NCBI GenBank assembly: GCA_963768805.1
Contig: CAVYJI010000012.1
Location: forward strand, 3,305 to 67,304
DNA length: 64,000 nucleotides
Source of the DNA: an uncultured Bacteroidales bacterium
Lineage (GTDB): Bacteria; Bacteroidota; Bacteroidia; Bacteroidales; FEN-979
Reading direction: 5' to 3'
Shown here: positions 48,177-55,999 of the stretch, piece by piece
Layout of the letters: each line of letters begins with the position of its first letter
How positions within the stretch are numbered: the stretch's first letter is position 1
Program-made: the position numbers and the translations under genes
Notes under the pieces: generated by a model
What the model was told of the DNA's origin: nothing
Databases searched by the model: none
What the model saw: the letters and a program-made list of their open reading frames with translations, nothing else

Positions 48177-48296
48177 ATGCGAAATTCAAAACGGGCAATA
48201 GATGTTAAATACTTTCAAGATAAACGGGGAGATTTGACCGTCAAAGATGTGATCCAATATGATTCTTTATATATACAGGTAATACCGTATATTTGA
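48177..48296 (+). pseudogene. Possible N-terminal remnant of an FdtA/WxcM-like sugar ketoisomerase (39 codons)
   Basis: Hand translation: MRNSKRAIDVKYFQDKRGDLTVKDVIQYDSLYIQVIPYI*. The F.D.RG.L block resembles the start of WxcM/FdtA cupin proteins. It lies at the edge of a polysaccharide gene cluster. It is very short, so confidence is low. Confidence 0.25.
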
Positions 48297-48325
48297 CCTT
48301 TTAAAACTCGTCAAACAAAATCCGG

Positions 48326-49588
48326 TTGAAAAAGCTTTTCGGGCAGGTAGATTTTCTCAAGAATACGATAATCCTTGTTTTCGGAACAGGTGTTGCGCAG
48401 CTGATCCCTATTCTTCTTCAACCAATATTGAGACGAATTTATGCTCCTGCAGATTTCGGGGCATTTGCAGTTTATTTCAGTATGATAGGCATTCTTACGG
48501 TGATTGCCAATTTTCGCTATGATCTAGCCATCGGATTGCCTGAAAAAGATGAAGAGGGTGCAAATCTTTTCTTTTTAACTTTATTTACCAATTTCATTTT
48601 TAATGCTGCGCTGCTGTTAGTAATTATTCTCTTCAGGCACAGTATTGCTCAGCTTTTCAAATTTCCTGATAAGTTTTCAGGATTTCTTTTTCTTTTGCCT
48701 TTCGGTACTTTCTTTTTTTGTTCTTTCCAGGCGATGAATTACTGGCTGATCAGGAAAAAGGCATTCCGGTCGCTATCAATCAATAAAATCTCACGAAGGG
48801 GGGCTGAAGGCATTGTACAGATCACATTCGGACTTTTCAGGAATTCCTCAGGACTTTTCTGGGCGGATATAGCCGGCAGCATTTCCAATAATATTTCCGG
48901 GATAAGGCAATTGCGGAAAACCGCTTTCAATATTCATTTCTTTTCCCGTCAGGCAGTCATGACAGTTATGAAACGGTACATCGGATTCCCGAAATATAAC
49001 CTGGTACCGCAACTCCTGGGGACGTTGGCCATGCAGTTCCCGGTATTTATAATTAACCGAATGTTCACCAAAACCGATCTCGGATTTTTTGACCTTACCC
49101 AGCAGGCGATCCTGGCACCTTTTGCTCTCATCAGTGTGGCCGTTTCTCAAGTTCTTCTCCAGGCAGTGACAAAGAAAAAACGAGACAAAGAGAAATTCTA
49201 TCATGACTTCCTTAAGCTCACGTTCCTGCTTTTGATGTTAGGACTTGTATCGGTTATTGTAATAGAACTATGGGGGCCACAATTATATTCTTTTGTTTTT
49301 GGCAAGACCTGCAGGATAGCGGGTGAATATTCCAGGATCCTTATTATCGGGTTCATGTTTTTCCTTGTGGTTTCACCGATGGGGGCAGTCTTAATGGGAC
49401 TGGAAGAGATAAGGATCCTGAGTTTATGGAACCTAGTGCATTTTCTCCTTATTACCGGGTTATATTTCATCAGGGATATTTCTTTTATGACCTTCCTTAA
49501 GCTATTTGCCGGTATTGAGGTTGTTGCTTTTACAATCTTCTATCTCCTGATAGTCAGAGTCATTAATAAATATGATAAGGGATTATAA
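48326..49588 (+). CDS. Wzx-like polysaccharide flippase (MOP superfamily)
   Basis: 420 aa with a TTG start and about 12 predicted TM helices. It sits ahead of two GT2 genes. Confidence 0.8.
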   Translation: MKKLFGQVDFLKNTIILVFGTGVAQLIPILLQPILRRIYAPADFGAFAVYFSMIGILTVIANFRYDLAIGLPEKDEEGANLFFLTLFTNFIFNAALLLVIILFRHSIAQLFKFPDKFSGFLFLLPFGTFFFCSFQAMNYWLIRKKAFRSLSINKISRRGAEGIVQITFGLFRNSSGLFWADIAGSISNNISGIRQLRKTAFNIHFFSRQAVMTVMKRYIGFPKYNLVPQLLGTLAMQFPVFIINRMFTKTDLGFFDLTQQAILAPFALISVAVSQVLLQAVTKKKRDKEKFYHDFLKLTFLLLMLGLVSVIVIELWGPQLYSFVFGKTCRIAGEYSRILIIGFMFFLVVSPMGAVLMGLEEIRILSLWNLVHFLLITGLYFIRDISFMTFLKLFAGIEVVAFTIFYLLIVRVINKYDKGL

Positions 49589-49594
49589 TTGTCC

Positions 49595-50449
49595 ATGGAA
49601 TTGACACAAAAAACGCCGGTACTCATCCTGGGGGTTGTTTATAAGTCCTGGGGAGATACTATCCGGTTCGTTGACAGCGCCAGAAGCTGCTTCGGTAATG
49701 ATGTCAAGGTCATCCTTGTGGATAATAGTGAGACTTCTCCCCCATCTTTTTTTATGGAGAAGATCGGGAGTTTTGATTTTACTACATATATAAAATCAGA
49801 CAAGAACCTCGGATATTTTCAGGGTGCAAGATCAGGATTGACTTATTATTTGAAAAATAATCCTGTGATACCACAATGGATCATCGTTTGCAATGTGGAT
49901 ATCATTTTTGAAACGCCTCAATTAATGAGCAAACTTGATCCCTATGAAAACATCCCTGACCTTGGAGTAATCGCTCCTGCAATTATATCAGATCTGTGGA
50001 GAACTGACTACAACCCTTTTCGCATAAGCAGGATCCCATTAAAGAAATTACTTTTTTACCGCGTTATTTATTCCAATATCCTGTTTCATAACGGGTATAT
50101 CCTGATCCATTACATTAAAAGAGTGATAAAATCGACCTGGCTTATGATCCCAATCAAAAAAAGGGATGTCAAGCCCGGAAGAAATATTTATGCACCTCAT
50201 GGTTCCTGCATCATCTTTAATAAGAATTATTTTGAAAGAGGAGGAACCCTGGATCACGCCACATTTCTGTTCGGGGAGGAAATCTTTATCGGAGAAACTG
50301 CCAGAAGGGCTGGTTTGAATGTTTTATATGTCCCCAATATCATTGTCCGCCATTATGAGCATTCTTCCATCGGATCTTTTATCTCTAACAGGATCAATAA
50401 GTTTTACAAACAATCCATTGCGGATATAATAAAGTACTATGATCAATAA
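49595..50449 (+). CDS. Glycosyltransferase family 2 (rhamnosyltransferase-like)
   Basis: The ORF-track start at 49589 is TTG, and an ATG lies at 49595. It has VILVDNSE and NLGYFQGA blocks and HGSCIIF. Confidence 0.75.
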   Translation: MELTQKTPVLILGVVYKSWGDTIRFVDSARSCFGNDVKVILVDNSETSPPSFFMEKIGSFDFTTYIKSDKNLGYFQGARSGLTYYLKNNPVIPQWIIVCNVDIIFETPQLMSKLDPYENIPDLGVIAPAIISDLWRTDYNPFRISRIPLKKLLFYRVIYSNILFHNGYILIHYIKRVIKSTWLMIPIKKRDVKPGRNIYAPHGSCIIFNKNYFERGGTLDHATFLFGEEIFIGETARRAGLNVLYVPNIIVRHYEHSSIGSFISNRINKFYKQSIADIIKYYDQ

Positions 50450-50474
50450 GCCCCCAACGATAAAACCGGCCTGA

Positions 50475-51500
50475 ATGGAACCAAGAATAAGCATCATAGT
50501 TCCCTGTTATAATGAAGCAGGATTTATTCACAAGTTGTTGCAAAATATAGTCGGGCAGGATTATCCCAGGGAAAAAACAGAAGTGTTTATTATCGACGGA
50601 ATAAGCAACGACGGGACCCGTGAGATAATCTCCGATTTTATTATTTCATACTCATATATTCATTTGCTCGACAATGAAAGACGTTATGTTCCATTTGCCT
50701 TGAATAAAGGAATTGCAGTCTCGACGGGTGAAGTAATCATCCGGATGGATGCACATGCAGAATATCCCATTGATTATGTTTCATGCCTGGTTCGACAATT
50801 ATATCAACTTGAAGCAGATAATGTTGGCGGATCATGGATCACGTTACCCGGTGATTCAACTTTGAAATCACTGGCAATTGCCAGTGCACTTGCTTCTCCG
50901 TTCGGGGTGGGGAATGCATATTACAGGTTAAATAACAGTGTGACCCGTGAAGTCGATACTGTTCCATTCGGATGTTATCGCAGGGAAGTTTTTGACAGGA
51001 TAGGCTTATTTGACGAATACCTGTTGAGAAACCAGGATGATTCTTTTAATGCGAAGCTGATCAAAAGTGGTGGGAAGATCTTCCTTGTACCTGATATAAA
51101 GATCCGCTATTTCGCAAGGACTTCTATAAGATCGACATTGAAAATGTTCTACCAATACGGACTGTTTAAACCTCTGGGAAACAAAAAGATCAACAAACCT
51201 GCTACCATCAGGCAGCTTATACCACCGGCCTTTGTGGTGTTCCTGATCCTAAGTGTCATAGGAAGTTTATTCAGTAATATAGTATCATTTGCGGGGTTGA
51301 CAGTTCTGATATTCTACATTCTCCTGGATTTGACTTTTAGTTTTGTAATTACAATAAAAAATTCCCGGGTAGGATTAATCCTGTACCTTCCCTGGCTCTT
51401 CTTCCTCATACACATATCGTATGGTTTGGGATATCTTAACGGGATGATAAGATTTCTTATATTAAATAAGGAAAAAGCAGCGGTCAGGCATACCAGATAG
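50475..51500 (+). CDS. Glycosyltransferase family 2 with C-terminal membrane segments
   Basis: 341 aa with ISIIVPCYNE, DGISNDGT and RMDAH (DxD/ED-type) blocks, plus 2-3 C-terminal TM helices. Confidence 0.88.
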   Translation: MEPRISIIVPCYNEAGFIHKLLQNIVGQDYPREKTEVFIIDGISNDGTREIISDFIISYSYIHLLDNERRYVPFALNKGIAVSTGEVIIRMDAHAEYPIDYVSCLVRQLYQLEADNVGGSWITLPGDSTLKSLAIASALASPFGVGNAYYRLNNSVTREVDTVPFGCYRREVFDRIGLFDEYLLRNQDDSFNAKLIKSGGKIFLVPDIKIRYFARTSIRSTLKMFYQYGLFKPLGNKKINKPATIRQLIPPAFVVFLILSVIGSLFSNIVSFAGLTVLIFYILLDLTFSFVITIKNSRVGLILYLPWLFFLIHISYGLGYLNGMIRFLILNKEKAAVRHTR

Positions 51501-51551
51501 CTTCCACTGCAAAGGTTCAATCGGGAAGGGAAAGGTACTTATTTTATAGGA

Positions 51552-54491
51552 TCATTTGGGTTCTTCTGTTGATTCTTCTTCTTTTGCATTTTTGATCTTC
51601 TCAAGCATATCTGGCGGGATCTCATCAGAGTACTCGGTTTCTTCAACATTTTCATCACTATTTCCACGGCCGTATTTGAATTTAGGATTCTCCATCGTAC
51701 CGAGTACCCGGATGGGGATGCCTACTAACCCAAGTGGGGGAAGGCCAAGGCGTGTTTTAAGATCAAGGGTACCGTTGAAGTTGGTTTGTCCGCCTACCCT
51801 GAAACGGAATCCGGCAAATTTGAGTTTGGTTTTTTCTAATGTTATTACATTATTTTTAATGGTGGTCTTTAAATCGACTTTTGACAGATGGGGATCTTTG
51901 ATCTTTTCCTTATCCAGATTCTTACTCATGGCAGTGAATAGTTTAAGTCCCTTGACCTTTACATTCTTCAATGACAGGACTCCCCCACCCTCAAGGGATG
52001 AATAGACAGGGTTCATTCCGGCATCCAATCTTCCTTTAAGGGCATAATCAAGAGATACGTTGCCTTCACATTTTCCTGCTGATTTTGAAAGATTTCTGAA
52101 AAGTTCCACCTCGTTATAGGCTCTTTTGATATCAAAATCTTCAGCTTTTATATGAAAGTCGAAATATGCCTTGTTCACATTGATGCTACCGTATGTGGCG
52201 TCCATGTTGACTTTACAACCTATCATATCAAAGTTCATGGATTTAAGTGCAAGTATTCCCTGCTTGATTTGAACGGAAGCATTCATGTCTTTTAATTCCA
52301 ATTTTTTGAAGCTGATCTTTTTGATATCCGCCTTAAGGCCAATATCAAGGTCTCCGGGAATGACAATAACCCCTGAAGGGTTGGAAATGACATTGCCTGA
52401 TTGCTGGCCGGAGGTTTGCTGTTGTTGTTTTGGCGGATTTGCAGATCCATTGGTTCCTATTGCTGCTGTATCTGCTGCTGCCAGTAATTCATCGACAAGA
52501 AGGTAGTCAGAGTGAAAATTAAAATCACCTTTCAGTGTCTGATTCTTTTCAAGGAAATAATTGACAATATTACTCAGGTTACCATCCAGGGTTATATCGG
52601 AAGCACCTATTCTGCCATCAAACTTCTCAAACCAGATCTTATCATTATCAAAGCGGAATGTACCTGATTTAACGATCAGGGGTTTTGGGAGAACTTCTGA
52701 TTTAAATGCTATATCATGTAGTTGCAATCGTCCTGAATTTTGCAATTTGTCTATATGACCGGCCATGGCATCACTTTGCAAGCCTTTCAAGGAAAGATCA
52801 GTTGTAATAAGGCCGTCGAGATCCATTCCTTTGCGGGAGAACAGATGATAAATTTTCCCGACGTAGATAGTCCCTTTTGAGACTATGTCGTATTGAATAT
52901 TGTCAGGATTGGCCAGGTCTGCCTTGAGTTCAAACGCGTTTCCTTCAAAGTTCAAGGAAAGAGGATCCAGCTTTATTTTTGTGTCTGCCAGCTTTCCTGT
53001 CTGATTGACGACAGTCCCTATCACATTGATGTTTTCCAAGGGTTGAGGATAATATTTCGTTTTCAGAGTACCATCTTTGAGACTTAATGTCAAGGTTGTT
53101 ACAGGAAATTCTTTGTTAAGAGGCGAATATTTCCCATTGACATTCAAGTTCATATCAAGAAATCCTTTCAGGTCAAGGCTGTCGAGAGGGATGACCTGCC
53201 TGAGTTCAGCCAGGTTAATTCGGGTCGAAATATGACCTTCTACTGAAAATTCCTTTAATCCTTTCAGCCGGAAATAGCCTTCAAGATTATTTTTCATGAA
53301 CCTGGCCTTCAGGCTATCCACCTGAAGGTTTAAAGACTTGTAGTCGTTATCTTTTGAAGATGCATTTAAGTTGAATGAGATGCCGGTAATGGCTTGGGGA
53401 AGACTTTTATACCGGAAGTACCCGTTGCTCATTTTTGAAGTGAGTGTAAAATTGGGGATTCTGAGTGGGATAGTATCTGGTTTTTTACTCTCCGGATTTT
53501 GTCCGGTATAATATTCTCCATCTGCATTCACTTTCATTGCAAAGATTCCTTTCAGATCTTCATCACTGACCCCAAACTTTTTTACCCAGTTTTCAAGGTT
53601 CAGGTTGATATCAGCCTTTAATGAGATCCACAAATGTTCCTTGCTGACAAGCCATAAGGAGCCGCTGAGATACTCGTCACCCATCTGGGAGAACAACGAG
53701 ATGAAGAATGTATACCCGTCCTTACGTAAAGAGAATTCACCCCTGAATTCAAAAGGAATATCCTTAATATGGAGGTCATTCCTTTCAAATTGCATACTGA
53801 GGGAATTAAGGTTTATGCTTGTAATGAGATTTGCTTTGACCGGTTTGGCTTTAAGATAATGAACACGGTCATAGATGAAATCCAGCGAGTCAATCTGAAC
53901 TTTCGATGCCAGACGTACGATATCGTTGTTAATGTTGCTTTTACCATGATAGTTGAGGCCATGGGCTACGATCTTCAATGGGACGGTAGGATCGAAATAA
54001 GTCAATTCTGTTTTAATGAAAATGATGTCTTCGATTTTGATGCTTGCTCCTCCAGATGCTGCAGTCGGTTTATTTGTTGTATCGGATGATGAAGAATAGA
54101 CATCAAAATCCGAAAGTCCTTTATCATTGTACTGAATAATCACCCTGGCCCGGTCAATGTAGACCCGGTTAATCCTTATCGGGCCATGGAGCAGGCTAAG
54201 GAGGTTAACCCCGAATGAAACATCCCGTGCTTTAATCAGTGTATCATGGGTGAAAGGGGCAGATGATTTCAGAGAGAGATCTGTAAGTGTGAATGAAAGA
54301 TTCGGGAAATGCCTGAAGAAAGAGACATCCATATCACTGAAGTTCAGTTCAGTCTTTAATGATCTATTGGCCGTATTCTTTACAACCTGTGCAAATCTCG
54401 CCCTGAAAAGAATTGGAGTCAGAACCAGGAAGATCAATATTATCAGAATGACTATTAGTATGATACCGCTGATCTTTAGTGTTTTTTTCAT
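51552..54491 (-). CDS. AsmA-family outer-membrane assembly/lipid-transport-like protein
   Basis: 979 aa with a single N-terminal TM anchor, a long beta-rich repetitive body and an acidic tail. The architecture is typical of AsmA/TamB-like proteins. Confidence 0.75.
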   Translation of the reverse strand: MKKTLKISGIILIVILIILIFLVLTPILFRARFAQVVKNTANRSLKTELNFSDMDVSFFRHFPNLSFTLTDLSLKSSAPFTHDTLIKARDVSFGVNLLSLLHGPIRINRVYIDRARVIIQYNDKGLSDFDVYSSSSDTTNKPTAASGGASIKIEDIIFIKTELTYFDPTVPLKIVAHGLNYHGKSNINNDIVRLASKVQIDSLDFIYDRVHYLKAKPVKANLITSINLNSLSMQFERNDLHIKDIPFEFRGEFSLRKDGYTFFISLFSQMGDEYLSGSLWLVSKEHLWISLKADINLNLENWVKKFGVSDEDLKGIFAMKVNADGEYYTGQNPESKKPDTIPLRIPNFTLTSKMSNGYFRYKSLPQAITGISFNLNASSKDNDYKSLNLQVDSLKARFMKNNLEGYFRLKGLKEFSVEGHISTRINLAELRQVIPLDSLDLKGFLDMNLNVNGKYSPLNKEFPVTTLTLSLKDGTLKTKYYPQPLENINVIGTVVNQTGKLADTKIKLDPLSLNFEGNAFELKADLANPDNIQYDIVSKGTIYVGKIYHLFSRKGMDLDGLITTDLSLKGLQSDAMAGHIDKLQNSGRLQLHDIAFKSEVLPKPLIVKSGTFRFDNDKIWFEKFDGRIGASDITLDGNLSNIVNYFLEKNQTLKGDFNFHSDYLLVDELLAAADTAAIGTNGSANPPKQQQQTSGQQSGNVISNPSGVIVIPGDLDIGLKADIKKISFKKLELKDMNASVQIKQGILALKSMNFDMIGCKVNMDATYGSINVNKAYFDFHIKAEDFDIKRAYNEVELFRNLSKSAGKCEGNVSLDYALKGRLDAGMNPVYSSLEGGGVLSLKNVKVKGLKLFTAMSKNLDKEKIKDPHLSKVDLKTTIKNNVITLEKTKLKFAGFRFRVGGQTNFNGTLDLKTRLGLPPLGLVGIPIRVLGTMENPKFKYGRGNSDENVEETEYSDEIPPDMLEKIKNAKEEESTEEPK

Positions 54492-54680
54492 CTTAGTAAT
54501 TCTATAAAATCCTATTTGTGATGCGAATATAATGAAAATCGGTTATGGAATAATGGCAAATTTAAAGGAACTGTTATGTTAAAGATGAAAATTTTCATTA
54601 AAAGATTTGGTAGGGTAAAAAGATTTTCCGAGATTTGAACATAAGTCAAACCGGGTGTTTGAAGTTAAAATGTTGTTTAT

Positions 54681-55073
54681 ATGCTTGGAACTCTTAAAGA
54701 TACTGTAGAAAATCCCTCAAAATGGCGCCTCAAGATGGCAGAAAAAATTGCTGAAAAGCTCGATCTGATCCGTTTTGGCGTGGAGGCCATTTATCTGATC
54801 GGAAGTACTAAAAGATATGATGCCGGACCTGCAAGCGATATAGACCTGCTTATTCATTTCCAGGGAAGTGAAAAGCAGAAGGCTGAATTACTGGTATGGC
54901 TGGAAGGATGGGGTCTATGTCTGGGTGCAATCAATCAACAGATCACTGGTCAAAAGACCGAAGATCTGCTGGATATTCACCTGATCACGGATGAGGACAG
55001 ACAGAACCGCACTAGTTTTGCGGTCATGATCGGTTCGAACTTTGACCGCGCAAAATTATTGAAGACCAGATGA
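54681..55073 (+). CDS. Minimal Pol-beta-superfamily nucleotidyltransferase
   Basis: 130 aa with a G-S-x10-D-x-D signature (IGSTKRYDAGPASDIDLLIHF). No HEPN partner is visible. Confidence 0.85.
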   Translation: MLGTLKDTVENPSKWRLKMAEKIAEKLDLIRFGVEAIYLIGSTKRYDAGPASDIDLLIHFQGSEKQKAELLVWLEGWGLCLGAINQQITGQKTEDLLDIHLITDEDRQNRTSFAVMIGSNFDRAKLLKTR

Positions 55074-55945
55074 CAAACGGGAAGGCGATAAATAACCTGA
55101 AGACGAACCTGGTCTTTTTTGTGTCCGATCTACATGGGCACAAAGACAGGTATGACAAGCTGTTTGAACAGATAAGGCTTGATCAGCCGGTCATGGTTTT
55201 CATCGGCGGAGACCTGTTGCCCAATTTTGTCCGCCATACAGCAGAAAAAGATTTCATATTAGATTTTTTGATTCCCGGATTCGAGGAACTCAAAGATGGG
55301 CCTTCAGGGTACCCTGCAGTTTTTATGATCATGGGGAATGATGATCCGCGGATCCTGGAAGAGGATCTGCTTCTGGGAGAAAAAAAAGGTTTATGGACAT
55401 ACATGCATAACCGTAAGATCGCTTTTCATTCCTATATGGTTTATGGTTATGCCTGTGTGCCGCCAACTCCTTTCCGGCTGAAGGATTGGGAGCGTTATGA
55501 TGTTTCGAGGTACGTTGATCCGGGTTGTGTATCGCCGACCGAAGGGTACCGGACGGTCAATACTCATGAAGATATTGAATACTGTACGATTAAAAATGAC
55601 CTGGAAGTACTGACCAGTAATGATGATCTGGCTCGTGCTATTTTTCTTTTTCATACTCCCCCCTATCAGACCAATCTGGACAGGGCGGCTCTTGATGATG
55701 TGTTAATCGAACATGTTCCCATGGATGTGCATGTCGGGAGTATTGCAGTCAAACGGTTCATCGAAGAGCGAAAACCCATGATCACATTTCATGGTCATGT
55801 ACATGAGTCGTCAAGAATTACCGGTTCCTGGTCTGAAAGGATTGGTAATACATGGGCTTTTAATGCAGCATTCGATCAAAAAGAATTATCCATTATTAAA
55901 TTCCCGATTGATCATCCGGAATTATCAGAGAGGCTGATCATTTAG
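55070..55945 (+). CDS. Calcineurin-like metallophosphoesterase
   Basis: 291 aa with an ATGA overlap with the NTase gene. Motifs: SDLHG, GGDL, GNDD, HTPP, GHVHE. Confidence 0.9.
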   Translation: MTNGKAINNLKTNLVFFVSDLHGHKDRYDKLFEQIRLDQPVMVFIGGDLLPNFVRHTAEKDFILDFLIPGFEELKDGPSGYPAVFMIMGNDDPRILEEDLLLGEKKGLWTYMHNRKIAFHSYMVYGYACVPPTPFRLKDWERYDVSRYVDPGCVSPTEGYRTVNTHEDIEYCTIKNDLEVLTSNDDLARAIFLFHTPPYQTNLDRAALDDVLIEHVPMDVHVGSIAVKRFIEERKPMITFHGHVHESSRITGSWSERIGNTWAFNAAFDQKELSIIKFPIDHPELSERLII

Positions 55946-55999
55946 GAAACTCTTTAATTATTTGACGAGGATGATCATTATCCCAAAAAAGATCTGAAC

